64,000 nucleotides of DNA from Chiloscyllium plagiosum (lineage: Eukaryota): NCBI RefSeq assembly GCF_004010195.1, contig NC_057754.1, positions 55,771 to 119,770 on the forward strand, given 5' to 3'. Both the position numbers and the translations under genes were made by a program. Positions within the stretch are counted from its first letter, which is position 1. Every line of letters starts with the position of its first letter. Below are positions 13,100 to 25,466 of this stretch, in pieces. The notes beneath the pieces were generated by a model. It searched no databases. It had not been told where the DNA came from and saw nothing but the letters and a program-made list of their open reading frames with translations.

Positions 13100-14545
13100 A
13101 AAGCACTAGGGGGGCTCTGTACAGAGGCGGGGATTAGGCTGCAGTGTGAAAGGGGCTCTGTGCAGAGGTGGGGGGAAGAAGCTGCAGTGTGAAGGGAGCT
13201 CTGTCCCGAGTGGGAAAGGGGCTGCAGTGGGAGGAGAGCTCAATGCGATGGGGGGGGAGAATGGGGCTGCATGTGAAGGGAGCTCTGTATAGAGGGGGGT
13301 GTGAGGGGAGCTCTGTACAGAGAGGGAAGGTGCTGGGGAGCTCTGTACAGAGAGGGAAGATGCTGCAATGTGAGGGGAGCTCTGTACAGAGAGGGGAAGG
13401 GGCTGCAGTGTGAGGAGAGCTGTCCCAAGTGGGGGAAGGGGCTACAGTGGGAGGAGAGTTCCGTGTGTATAGGAGAGGTGAGGGGCTGCAATATGAGGAG
13501 AACTCCGTACCAAGCAGGGAAGGGGCTGCAGAACAAAGGGGGGTTTGTACAGAGGGGGCAATGGGCTGCAGTGTGAGGAGAGCTCTGTACAAAGGGGGGA
13601 GAAGGGGCTACAGTGGGAGGAGAGCTCTGTACAGGGGTGGATGGGCTGCAGTGGGAGGAGAGCTCTATACAGAGAGGGAAAGGGGCTGCAGTGTGAGGGG
13701 AGCTCTGTACAGAGAGGGAAGGTGCTGGGGAGCTCTGTACAGAGAGGGAAGATGCTGCAATGTGAGGGGAGCTCTGTACAGAGAGGGGAAGGGGCTGCAG
13801 TGTGAGGAGAGTTTTGTACAGAGAGGGGAAGGGGCTGCAGTGTGAGGAGAGCTCTGTACAGAGAGGGAAGATGCTGCAATGTGAGGGGAGCTCTGTACAG
13901 AGAGGGGAAGGGGCTGCAGTGTGAGGAGAGCTCTGTACAGAGAGGGAAAGGGGCTGCAATACGAGGAGAGCTCTGTACAGAGAGGGAAGATGCTGCAATG
14001 TGAGGGGAGCTCTGTACAGAGAGGGAAAGGGGCTGCAGTGTAAGGAGAGCTCTGTACAGAGGAGCGGGAAGGTGCTGCAGTGTGAGGAGAGCTTGGTATG
14101 GGGGTGGGGTAGGGGAGCTGCAGTGTGAGGAGAGCTTGGTATTGTGTGTGTGTGTGTGTGTGTGGTGGGGGGGGGGGGAAGCTGCAGTAGGAGGAGAGCT
14201 CTGTACAGAGAGGGAAAGGGGCTGCAGTGGGAGGAGAGCTCTGTCCCAAGTGGGAAGGGGTTGCGGTGGGAGGAGAGCTCTGTCCCAAGTGGGAAGGGGT
14301 TGCAGTAGGAGGAGAGCTCTGTACAGAGAGGGAAAGGGGCTGCAGTGGGAGGAGAGTTCTGACCCAAGTGGGAAGGGGCTGCAGTGGGAGGAGAGCTCTG
14401 TCCCAAGTGGGAAGGGGCTGCAGTGGGAGGAGAGCTCTGAACAGAGGAGGAGGGGAAGGGGCTGCAGTGGGTGGAGTGCTCTGTGCAGAGGGGGGAATGT
14501 GCTGCAGTGGGAGGAGCGCTGTGTCTGTACAGAGAGCGAAGGAGC
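13100..14545. repeat. G-rich 39-40-bp minisatellite (ggggctgcagtgtgaggagagctctgtacagagaggggaa)
   Basis: About 1.4 kb of tandem units with variants and an embedded (TG)n tract. Confidence 0.95.
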
Positions 14546-14757
14546 TGCTGCACAAAAATGTAGAGGCTTCACTAAGACAAGGTAACAGCAACAATCTACA
14601 ACGTCCTGAAGGTTCTGCAGGCGACTGGCAAATAAACACATCCAAATATATAAATATGTCACTCAAGAATTCTCATCAGCAATTTGCAAGTGTCCTTCAA
14701 ACAAAGAATCCAGGGAGAGTGCTCTTCAGTCACACCCAGCTCATCTGGAATTTCACC

Positions 14758-14787
14758 TTACAATGTGGCATCGGGCTCCTGCAAATC
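14758..14787 (-). CDS. PPM1A/B-like phosphatase, terminal coding exon (DLQEPDATL*)
   Basis: Strong acceptor ttgttttgttcttggttctttag, phase 0, 9 codons + TAA. A short terminal exon as in PPM1A and the short PPM1B isoform. Total CDS 1164 nt = 387 aa. Confidence 0.75.
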   Translation of the reverse strand, partial: DLQEPDATL

Positions 14788-14919
14788 CTAAAGAACCAAG
14801 AACAAAACAAATCAAATCAAACTGAACAAAGTGATGATTAAACTATACACAATGCACAAACCTATGCACTGATGTGTTGGTTTCCCCCTTCATTGATGAT
14901 GGGCATATTTGTGCAGCCT

Positions 14920-16065
14920 CCTCCTCCAATGAGTTTTTTAATTGTCCACCACCATCGACCATCCAACACTGGATGTGGTAGGACTGCAGAGCTTAGATCT
15001 GATCCACTGGTTGTGGGATTTGTTAGCTCTGTCTATCACTTGCTGCTTCTGTTGTTTTGCATGCAAGTAGTCCTGTTTGGTAGCTTCACCAGGTTGACAT
15101 CCCACTTTTAGGTATGCCTAGTGGTACTCTTGGCATGCCGTCCTGCACTTTCCATTGAACCAGGGTTGATTCCCTGGCTTGATGGTAATGGCTGAGTGGA
15201 GAATATGCCAGGCCATGAAGTTAGATTGTGTTGGGAGTATAATTCTACTGCTGTTGATAGCCCACAGTATCTCATTGATGCCAAGTCTTGAATCCCTCAA
15301 TCTGTTTGCCACAAAACACGATGGAGGGTATTCTCAATATGAAGGCAGCACTTTGTCTCCACATGGACTGTGTGGTGATCACTTTTACTGATACTCTCAT
15401 GCCCTGTTTCGCAGCTATGTCCTTTAGGACCTGACCAGCTCGATCAGTTGTACTGCTGCCAAGGCACTCTTGGTGAAATGCCTCACCCAGAGGACATTCT
15501 GGTCCTTGCCACTCTCAGTGCTTCCTCCAAGTGTTGTTCAACATGAAGCAGTACTGAGTCATCAGCCGAAGGAGGATGGTACGTGGTATTCTGCAGGAGG
15601 TTTCCCTGCCCATGTTTGATGTGAAGACTTGTGACCTCATGCAGTTAGAAGTCAATGTAGAGGACCCGCAGGGCAACTGTATGCTACTGTGCTCTGCTGG
15701 GACTGTTTTGTCAGTGAGAGTGGTGATGGTACTATCAGGGACATTGTCCGCAAGGTTTGATTCCATGAATATAACTATATTACACTGCTGCTTGACTAGT
15801 CTGTGTGACAGCTCTTCCAATGTTGGCACTAACTCCCAGATGTTAGTATGAAATCCTTTGCAGAACAGAAAGGACTGTTCTTGCTCTTGTCATTTCTGAT
15901 GCCCTGATCAATGCATATTGTCTGTCTTGTTTCATTCCTTTTTTGAGACTTTTTAATGATTGATACAACTGAGTGACTTGCTCAGTCATTTCAGAGGATA
16001 GTTAAGAGTCAACCTCATTGCAGTGGCTCAGAAGTCACACGCAGGCCAGACCAGGTAAGGACAGA
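14920..16065 (-). mobile_element. Degenerate non-LTR retrotransposon fragments (endonuclease region)
   Basis: Peptides ITIKPGNQPWFN and LEELSHRLVKQQCNIVIFMES, typical of LINE ORF2 remnants. Confidence 0.65.
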
Positions 16066-16203
16066 GCAAGTCACAATATCATGGTACCATTACCTCTTTT
16101 CTGTTCCTGCCATGGACAGAGACAGAACTAGGTAATCTGTAATGGGGCAAAAAGACATCTCCTACCCATATACAAACGTCATCAGTTATTTGTAAATATT
16201 CAC

Positions 16204-16258
16204 CTCATCAGTGCTTGTAGGGGCCAGCCGATTGTAAACTGATTCGATTACATTCCGT
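16204..16258 (-). CDS. PPM1A/B-like phosphatase, coding exon 5
   Basis: (K)RNVIESVYNRLAPTSTDE resembles PPM1A/B KRNVIEAVYNRLNP. Acceptor ttctctcag, donor GAG|GTGAAT. 55 nt. Confidence 0.92.
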
Positions 16259-16399
16259 CTGAGAGAACAAACATCAAAAAAAACTTATTTCAACAAAGTG
16301 TTTCTGAATCAGAAATAATGCAGAAGAAGCAAGTGATCAGTAACTCTATCAGAGTCACAGGTTCTCACTCCATAATCCCACAGCAACATAAAGCTACAA

Positions 16400-16945
16400 A
16401 GTCAGCGCCGCAGTGTCAGAGGGTCAGTACTGAGGGGGCACTGCACTGTCGTAGGGTCAGCACCACAGTGTCAGAGCGTCAGTGCTGAGGGAGCACCACA
16501 CTGTCGGAGGGTCAGTGCTGAGGCAGTGGCGCACTGTCAGAGGGTCAGCAGTGAGGGAGTGCCGCACTGTCGGAGGGTCAGTGCTGAGGGAGCACCACAC
16601 TGTCGGAGGGTCAGTGCTGAGGGAGTGCCGCACTGTCGGAGGGTCAGTGCTGAGGGAGCAGCACACTGTCGGAGGATCAGTGCTGAGGGAGTGCCGCACT
16701 GTCGGAGGGTCAGCAGTGAGGGAGTGCCGCACTGTCGGAGGGTCAGTGCTGAGGGAGTGCCGCACTGTCAGAGGGTCAGTGCTGAGGGAGCGCCAAACTG
16801 TTGGAGGGTCAGCATCACAGTGTCAGATGGTCAACACTGAGGGAGTGCCTGTCGGAGGGTCAGCACTGTACAGTCATAGGGTCAGTGCTGAGTGGAGTAC
16901 CCACACAGTTGGAGGGTCAGTGCTGAGGGACCGTGCACTTTCAGA
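16400..16945 (+). repeat. 33-bp minisatellite array (in PPM1-like intron)
   Basis: Same unit as 8165-8740. Confidence 0.95.
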
Positions 16946-17075
16946 GGATTAATACTCGATCACCACTCTGTCAGTCATTGTGTTCGCTGGTGGGGGCTAT
17001 CATGGGTGGTGTTACTGTCTGGGACAAAGGGGGTGGGGGCGGTAAAGAGACGCAGACACTCTGAGGGCTCCGTAC

Positions 17076-17187
17076 TTGCTGATGAGGCCTCCTCCAGGTG
17101 GCAGGTTGGGAATGTTCTCGATGATCAGTGTATGCATTATGTCCAGTAACCCCAGAGGAGCATCCAGGCCAGACGTGGTCACCAACT
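17076..17187 (-). CDS. PPM1A/B-like phosphatase, coding exon 4 (C-terminal helical domain)
   Basis: Manual translation (E)LVTTSGLDAPLGLLDIMHTLIIENIPNLPPGGGLIS(K). Strong polypyrimidine tract + ttgcag; donor AA|GTACGG. 112 nt. Confidence 0.92.
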
Positions 17188-17404
17188 CTGCAAGGAAAGA
17201 ACAAAAAATACTGTGAACATCTTAGAAACAAATATAAAATGTTTGTGTTCATGAAGAGCTGAAATGAAGAAAGGGTGTGAAGAAGCAACATAATGTGGCC
17301 CACTCTGGTCAAGGATCAGGCTGTTCCTCTCGGAGATGAGGGAGACTTGAACTGGAGCTGAGGAATCAGCCAGCGAAGAAAGGGGCAGCTCCCAGCCTCA
17401 ATAT

Positions 17405-18170
17405 TTTGTTTCTATTTACTCAAAGGACATGGGGGGGGTCATTGACTGGGCCAACATTTATTTCCCATCCCTAACTGCCACATGAGAAGGTGGTGATGAG
17501 CTGCTTTCTTGAACCACTGCAGTCCATGTGCTGTCGGGGTACTCACAATGCCGTTAGGGAGGGAGTTCCAGGATTTTGTAGGAATGGTAATATATTTCCA
17601 AGTCAGGATTGTGAGTGGCTTGGATGAGAACTTGCAGATAGTGGTGTTTCCGTGTATCTGCTGCCCTTATCCTTTGAGATGGAAATGGTCATGGGTTTGG
17701 AAGGTAGAATCTATAGATGCTTGGTTAATGTCTGCAGTGTATCTTGTAAATAGTACTGCTGCTTGTGAGGGAGTGAATGTTTGTGGATATGATGCCAATC
17801 AAAATAGCTAAGTATAACTCTAATCAGTAGAGAATTTGCCCCCTGCTTCCCAGTGATTCCAGTTTTGTTCAGGGTCCTTGGTGCCCTACTCAGTCAAACG
17901 TGGCCTTGATTTCAAGGGCTGTCAATCTCACTTCAACTCTGAATTTTAGCTCTTTTGTCCATTTTCGAACCGAGGCTGTAATGAGGTCAGGAGCTGAATG
18001 GCCCTGGCAGAACCCAAACTGGGCATCACTGAGCAGGTGCTGCTTGATAGCACTGTTGATGACACCTTCCATCACGTTACTGATGGTTAAGAGTGGACTG
18101 ATTGTTCTGCTTTTTGTGTAAAGGGCATACCTGGGCAAAATTTCCACATTGTCAGCTAGGTGCCCAGTAT
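17405..18170 (-). mobile_element. LINE fragment (RT region and 3' end)
   Basis: ISPLLTISNVMEGVIN...AQFGFCQGHSAPDL peptide. Confidence 0.75.
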
Positions 18171-18449
18171 TGTTAAATTACAGATTGCAGTGAAACATTA
18201 AGATGACAAGGAAAGATCAGCTTTATTCCCTGACTGGATTTCCCGGTAATTTACAGCAGGGACTCTCTTATAAGGTGGAGTTTAGAATGAGGACCACAAG
18301 GTAAAATGTCCCAGGTTTAAATCCACCCCCAACACTGTCTTGAGGTCCAGGGGATTAAATAGAATACAGTCCATCACTGTGACAAATCTCACTCTTTGAA
18401 TGATCACACAAGATCACAGTCAATATAGGGGTAACTGACACAGCCTCTA

Positions 18450-19206
18450 GTCTGTAATGTTAAAATATTAAATTGTACTGTCTCTCTGGACAGGAATGTA
18501 ATTTTAAATGATTAAACTGTACTTTCTCCAAGAAGCTGAACATTCTGGAAGTGGGTGGGGGTGATATTCTGTCTCACAGATAGCATGCAGGAATGTGGAT
18601 GACTTTCCATTGAAATCCACACTTCATCTGGGCAGCCATTTACTACTATTTTACTGCTATTATCAAATTGAACTCTCATTTAGTCCCTTCCATTCAGAAA
18701 TGCTTTCATAGCCATTCTCCAGCCAATCAAATTCGTTTGCATGATCATTCCCTGATACCGAAGTATATCACACCAACATTGTCCGGAGAAATAGTGGAGC
18801 CAGAACTCATTTGCAGGGCTGCCCCGAAGTGAGGACATATCACACCTACATTGATTGTCTCGGGGAATAAAGGAGTCAGGAAATCATCTACACGATGATT
18901 CCCCAGGATTAGGGCATTTACATTATCTCTGAAGATGACCTCATCCTACCATTGTACCTGAGGTAACATGTGGTTATTGGGGAGAGGGGGGTTGACTAGA
19001 GTACCTGTGAGCATTATTAACTGACTTGTACAAAGGGGATGTATTTCCTTAGTTTGGGGCCTCTTTTGACTCGACTTCGCACACCTGCAAAGAGGGTCAA
19101 AGGGGTCACCTAGCTTGTACAGGCTTTAATAAACTTTAACTGTTTGCAGAAGTTAGTGTGTGTGAATTGCATCTTGTGCTTGAAACCTCGGGAAAAGAAC
19201 CTAACA
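18450..19206 (+). mobile_element. Possible solo LTR
   Basis: Internal direct repeats (tatcacacc-acattg), TATA-like tacaaagggg, AATAAA at 19128-19133, ends ...ctaaca. 5' end and TSD not found. Confidence 0.3.
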
Positions 19207-19302
19207 AGGCAATTCCCTCATCAATAGCTAAGATCTTTGAAGGTTTAACATGAAAGTGTCAGTCTCAAAAGGGCTCAGCCCAGCCTGCTTACAGCCTCTG
19301 AC

Positions 19303-19420
19303 CTTTCACTCGTGCTTCCAGGTATCTGTCAAGCTCAGCCTCCCTCTGTTTTGCTTCCTCCGAAGGTCTTGGGGCGTTCTCAAAGCACACCAACTCGATG
19401 CTTATGTTGTCCCGGCTGCC
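19303..19420 (-). CDS. PPM1A/B-like phosphatase, coding exon 3
   Basis: [39 protein letters not shown]. Acceptor tatgcag, donor G|GTCAGA. 118 nt, phase 0 to 1. Confidence 0.93.
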
Positions 19421-19839
19421 CTGCATAAGATGAACACAAACAGGAGCCCTGAGTTCAACTAGCCTAAAGCACATCATTTCAATACCAAACTAGCAATTCA
19501 AAACATCACATGCACAAGACTAACAATAACATGCATTTCAAAAACACCTTGCAACATCTCAGAACACTGCAAAGATCTCTACCAGCAAATGAACACAATG
19601 TACACACATGAAAAGAACCCACAAGGAAACTGATTAATGAGGGAAGAAAAGACCAAAAGAACTGCACATTCTGGAAATCAGAGACAAAAACAGAAATTGC
19701 TGGAAAAGCTCAGCAGGTTTTGCAGCATCTGTGGAGAGAAAGCAGAGCTAACATTTCAGATCCAGTGACCCTTCATCAGAAATAATGCTGCTGGATCTGC
19801 TGAGTTTTTTCAGCAATTTCTGTTTTTGTTTCTGTTAAT

Positions 19840-20180
19840 GTGACATATCTTGAGAGATAAAGATTGGCCAAATTCTTCCAAGTGCAAGATCTTCTCCCAC
19901 CCAAAAAGAGGATAGACACAGCTTCAGTTTGATGTCCCAACAGAAGATAACGCCTCAGACAGGTGCAGCTCTCCCTCAGTGCAGACCCTATGAGAGTGTG
20001 GCATTCCCTTAGCACTGACACTCCGACATTACCCGCTCCCTCGGCACTGACCAGCCGTTGCAGCGCTCCCTCAGCACCAACCCTCCAAGAGTGCGGCACT
20101 CACTAAGCACTGACCCTCCGAGAGTGCAGTGCTCCCTCAGCACCAACCCTCCGACAGTGCGGCGCTCCCTCAGCGTTGAT
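19840..20180 (-). mobile_element. Deu-domain SINE remnant fused to a 33-bp array
   Basis: On minus, the array units run straight into ...gaggcgttatcttctgttgggacatcaaactgaag...agatct...ggccaatctttatctctcaa, resembling the DeuSINE core as recalled. Confidence 0.6.
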
Positions 20181-20544
20181 TCTCATGGCTGGTTGGTGGG
20201 ATGATTACTGAATGGCAGAACTAGTGTGAGGGGCTGAATGGTCTCCTCCTTATTTTTATCAGGGAAGCAGATAGCAACACACCCAAAGGAATGTCTCTTA
20301 TAATGGAGCCTCCAGTTCCCAGTGTCTCCACTCCTCCAGCCACTGTGTCAATGTCAGGATTGTACAATGTCTCCTGCTCTCAGATCCAGCCTCAGTGCTA
20401 TAATGTTGGCTCCTCCTCTCCATCTATTAATGCTAGCAGGTCCTGACAATAAATCTGCTGCAAAGTGCACAGTGAGGGGCCCAGATTGTGGGAATAGGAT
20501 TTGGCAAAGGGCCTGACTTGGTCACCTCACAATATCTGTCCATT

Positions 20545-21910
20545 GACTCACGGATGTTGGGTGTCACTGGCTAGGTTAGCATTTATTATCCACCCTTAAT
20601 TGCCCTTGAGATAAAAGTGGTGAGCAACCTTCTTGAACCACTGCAGTCCATGTGCTGTAACAGACCACAATGTCCCTTTGGGAAGGAATTCCAGGATTTT
20701 GACCTCGTGACATTGAAGGAACAATGATATATTTCCAAGTCAGGATGATGAATGGCTTGGAGGGGAACTTGCAAGGGGTGGTGTTGCCATGTATCTGACG
20801 CCCTTGTCCTTCTAAATGGAAGTGGTCATGGTTTGGAAGGTGCTGGCTGAGGATCTTCTGTGCATTTCTGCAAGGCATCTTGGAGATGGTACACACTGCT
20901 GTTAGTGAGAGTCAATGGTGGGGGAATGGATATTTGTGGATGTAGTCGAGAGTATGTTGCTAGAAAAGCACAGCAAATCAGGCAGTATCTGAGCAGCAGG
21001 AAAATTGATGTCTCGGGCTGGAGCCCTTTGTGGATGTGGTACCAATCAAGCGGGGGCTGCTTTTTCCCGGATGGTGTCAAACTTCTTCAGTGTTGTTGGA
21101 GCTGCACTCATCCAGACAAGTGGGAAGTATTCCATCACACTGCTGACTTGTGCCTTGTACGTGATGGACACTCCCCTTTAGGAAGTCAGGAGGTGAGTTA
21201 CTCATGGCAGGATTCCCAGCCTCTGACCTGCTGTTGTAGTCACTGTGTTCATATGGCTAATCCAGTTCCATTTCTGGTCAATGGTAACCCCCTGGATTTT
21301 TGTTGATAATGGGGAATTTTGTGATGGTAACACCATTGAATGTCAAGGGGCAGTGGTTGGATTGTCTCTTCTTGGTGATGGTCATAGCCTGGTGCAAATG
21401 TTACTGGCCACTTGTCAGCCAAATCTGGATACTGTCCAGGTTTTGCTGTATTTCCATATGGACTGCTTCAGAATCCGAGGAGGGGGCGAATGATGCTGAA
21501 CAATGTGCAATCATCAGCCAACATCCCCACTTCTGACCTTATGATGGAGGGAAAGGCTTTGATGAAGCAACTGAAGATGGTTGGGCCTAGGACACTACCC
21601 TGAGGAGCTCCTGAAGAGATGTCTACTGAAATGACTAATCTCCAACAACCATAACCATCTTCATATGTGCCAAGTATGACTCCAACCAGAAAGTTTTCCT
21701 CCTGATTCCTATTGATTTGGTTTTGCTCGGGCTCCTTGAGGCTACACTCAGTCAAAAGCAGTCTTAATGTCATAGGCTGTCACAATCACCTCACTTCTGG
21801 AAATCAGCTTTTTTGTCCATATTTGAACCAAGGCTGTAATGAGATCAGGAGCTGTGAGGCCCTGGCAGAACCCAAACTGGGCGATACTGAGCAGGTTATT
21901 ACTGATAAGA
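20545..21910 (-). mobile_element. LINE RT fragments and 3' end
   Basis: ISSGAPQGSVLGPTIFSCFI...GMLADDCTLF RT motifs. Confidence 0.8.
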
Positions 21911-22139
21911 TTCTGCTATGGAAATACCCAGGTAAATGACATCCATTAGTCATAGCTTTGACATTCTCTACAGTCTTTGAACTCAACTCAAAGTTCATTT
22001 CCACTGAACTCTTCATTACTTGAGTTATGCACAATTAATTCCCGCATTTGGCTTTATAGGAACAAATTTGCTGAAAAAAGTAGGGAAAATTTCAGCCTTA
22101 ATCCTAACAAGCTCTAATATTCCTCTCATCAATTCATAC

Positions 22140-22545
22140 CTGAGTGAGTCCGTGTATGTGTGGGAGCCCATACCCCAGTGAAAGTCTGTGTGTGAGAAAG
22201 CCCGTACCCCAGTGAGAATGTGTGTGTGTGAAAGCCCATACCCCACTGAGAGTCGGAGAGTGTGTGTATCTGTGTGCGGGACCCGTACCCCAGTGAGAGT
22301 CACTATGTGTGTGGCAACCCGTACCCTAGTGAGAGTCAGTGTGCGTGTGGCACCCTGTACCCCAGTGAGAGTCAGCGTGCATGTGGCACCCTGTACCCCA
22401 GTGACAGTCAGCATGTGCGTGGCACCCCATACCCCAGTGAGAGTCAGTGTCCATGTGGCACTCTGTACCCCAGTGAGTCAGCGTGCGTGTGGCAACCTGT
22501 AGCCCATTGAGAGTCAGTGTGTGTGTGGGACCTGCACACCAGTGA
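22140..22545. repeat. 36-bp minisatellite (cccagtgagagtcagtgtgcgtgtggcaccctgtac)
   Basis: About 10 tandem units in a PPM1-like intron. Confidence 0.9.
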
Positions 22546-22892
22546 GGCACAGGTTCAGTTTGAAGTCTGTTTTGATTTTTGAGCATCAGTGTTAAAATGT
22601 CTGCAGGAAGTCTCGCTCTGTAATCTCTGACTAAGGGCTGACCCTCAGTGAGAAATGGGGCCTGACCCCATCCATACTGATGTTGTAGATTCAGGAGCCT
22701 GCCCTGCACATTGTCAAGGGCTGTGTCAGACACTATTGAGCAGGAGCTGAAAGGGGACGGTGTGTGCTCTGCATGAATGGAAGTTTTCAATCAGCAGGGT
22801 GTCTGCAGAGAACTATGTGCTAGCAATACTGAGTGGAGTCAGGGCCCTTTCATCCCTGGATAGAAATCAGAGTGTCACTCTCTCGATCTTAC

Positions 22893-23482
22893 CTTATACA
22901 GGCAAGTGTCTGCTACTAGATTGCAAATCTGTTCCAGGTCATCAGTTAGCTCGAGTCTGGATCGGACAAAGGCGCACAGTTCCTCATTGCTCATTACATC
23001 CCAAATTCCATCGCAAGCCAAGATGACAAACTCATCATCCTGGGATCGCTCAATCACCATGACCTCTGGTTCTGGAGAGACCAGCTGCTCCGTGGGACCT
23101 TTCCCATGCACACACTTGTAGTCGTAATCCCCGAGTGCACGGGAAACAGCGAGTGAGCCATTGACCCGCTGAATCATGACACTGCCCCCTGCATTTTGGA
23201 TCCTTTCCTTCTCACGTGGGTTACATGGCTTGTGGTCCTCAGTGGAGAAATGCACAGACTGACCCCGCTGCAGGACACCCCGGGAGTCTCCACAGTTTAT
23301 AAAGTAGACGTGTGTGGGTGAGACCAGGAGAGCCACTGCTGTCGAGCCACTGCGATCCATGTCGTTGTTCCCTAGTTCTGAGTCATTTCGCATACGTTCA
23401 TCAATGTTCAGGAATCCAGTCCTAATGGCACGTTTCACACTCTGGACAGCTGCTTGTGAATCACTGCCACCATCGATCATCC
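22893..23482 (-). CDS. PPM1A/B-like phosphatase, coding exon 2 (catalytic core)
   Basis: Encodes [46 protein letters not shown]. Acceptor ttttgcag|GG completes Gly with exon 1; donor AAG|GTAAGA. 590 nt. Confidence 0.96.
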
Positions 23483-24347
23483 CTGCAAAATCCAGAGAAG
23501 GGGTCAGGCACAGTTCTGCAGAATTGTATCACCTTCTTTTATTCCTTCCCCTCTACCCAACCTTCTCCAGAAATATATTTGGGTGTCTCTAAATAAAATA
23601 ATGGGGAGCAAACACAACTTACTGCAGCAAAGGGTAAATTTGGCTCAAGTTGGTCACACTCTCAGCTCCAGAAGGGTTTACTCCAGGTTTCCATTGAACA
23701 GCCTTGGGTTGTCAGATAATCTTCCACTCGGAGTCAGAGGGTGTGAGGTTTTCTCAGCACACCCTCCACAAACACGAGCACAATCTCCTGGCCAAAAGCC
23801 CTGGAGCAATGTGGGTTGGGTGTTAGCGTGGAGGCCAATGAAGGTCAGAAAGAGTGAGGAGCAGGAGGCACTGACATGCTGCAGTGTTCAGGGCAGAGGG
23901 GGGAATGATGATGGTGGTGGTGGTCAAAGTTGGGTTGGGGGTCTGGCCAGGATAGAAAATGCAGTCTTGCTATGCCCAGACCTGAATGGCCTACTGTAAT
24001 TACTGTGGATCCATTCATTATCAATTTACTTGGAATTGAAAGGTAAGATCTCACATGCATAAAAAAAGTCATAAAGTTGAAACAGCTCAAGAGACCATTT
24101 CGCACACTGTACCAGTGCTAATCCACCATGAAGCAACCCATTCAGTCCAATTTCCTTGACCAGCTCATTGTTTATTTCCCACCAGCCAAGTCCACTGCTC
24201 TACTCTAGACTGTAAGTTTATTTTGATGAAACACCCATCCAATTTCTTTCTGAAGTAATTTACTTACTCAACTTCCATCACCCACAACAATGCTGTGGCC
24301 CACACCATTATGACTCACTGTATAAACAACATCTCTCTGTATTTCTC

Positions 24348-24692
24348 AAAGAACAAAGAAAATTTACAGCCCAGAAACAGGCCCTTTGGCCCTCCAAGCC
24401 TGAGCCGATTCAAATCCACTGTCTAGACCTGTCGCCCATTTCCTAAGTATCTGTATCCCTCTGCTCCCCACCTACTCATGCATCTGTCCAGATGCATCTT
24501 AAATGAATCTACTGTGCCTGTCTCTAATACCTCTGCTGGCAATGCGTTCCAGGCAACTAACACCCTCTGTGTAAAGTACTTGCTGCATGTATCCCCCTTA
24601 AACTTTTCACCTCTCACCTTGAAAGCGTGACCTCTCGTTATTGAATCCTTCACCCTTGTAAAAAGCTTATCTCTATCTACCTCTATTCTCAC
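24348..24692 (-). mobile_element. CR1 LINE 3' fragment
   Basis: TRGHAFKVRG...WNALPAEV peptide. Confidence 0.85.
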
Positions 24693-24934
24693 CTGAAACT
24701 AGAAATTTGTGTCCCCTCGTCTTTGAATCATCGAATGAGAACAGCTCACCACTGTCCACACAAACCAGTTATAATCTTGTACACCTTAATCAAATCTTTG
24801 TCAGTCTCCTTTGCCCAGGAAAATCCTGAACTCTTTGCTCCCTGAGCTGTGTGCTTTATTTTGCGCAGGGTTGGGTATGGTATATTATTAGCTAAGAAGG
24901 AGGGAGGATTTGATGTGTCCTATAAGAAGCTCAC

Positions 24935-25193
24935 CTTTGAACTCCTGGTTGCTGGTTATGTGCTGGAGGAGGTTCTTGGCACAATATTTGGCAACCCCTG
25001 ATCCTGCATGCCCATCATAGATGGCAAAAAAGGACCAGTTTTTCAGCTGGTCCTGTAACTCAGGCACAGCTGAGTGAGCATCCTCCATCTCCACGCGCCA
25101 GCCCTGCATGCTGCACAGCCCATAGCGAATCCCATTCCCTTCACCATGATCATTTTGTTTCTCTGTTTTGGGGTGGTCCAGAAATGCCCCCAT
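24935..25193 (-). CDS. PP2C-family Ser/Thr phosphatase (PPM1A/PPM1B-like), coding exon 1 (exon begins at 25207 with 14 nt of 5'UTR)
   Basis: Encodes [12 protein letters not shown]...[13 protein letters not shown]...[10 protein letters not shown], typical of PPM1A/B. Acceptor tttgcag (25208-25210), donor AG|GTGAG at 24934. 259 nt, ends phase 1. Confidence 0.95.
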
Positions 25194-25466
25194 CTTGGAT
25201 CAGTTACCTGCAAATTTCAAAATATAAAATAAGTGACAGCAGGCATTAGGCAAGAGCCAAACTGGATCATGCCAAATACATAGCAAAAGACAAGAGCACT
25301 GACTTTCATACTTAGATGTGCAGGAAGAGCACCCACCACACCCACCCCAAAACCACCCACAGCCAGGATCCTCTGTGGGTTACAACTGACTTAACACTTA
25401 ATGGGTCAAAATGAGAACCACATTGTTGGACAATCAGTGCTGGGGGAGCGCCGCACTGTCGGACAG

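Noticed and set aside
13134..14841. Long ORFs (up to 437 aa) on both strands
   Set aside because: By-products of a stop-poor minisatellite; open in several frames at once.
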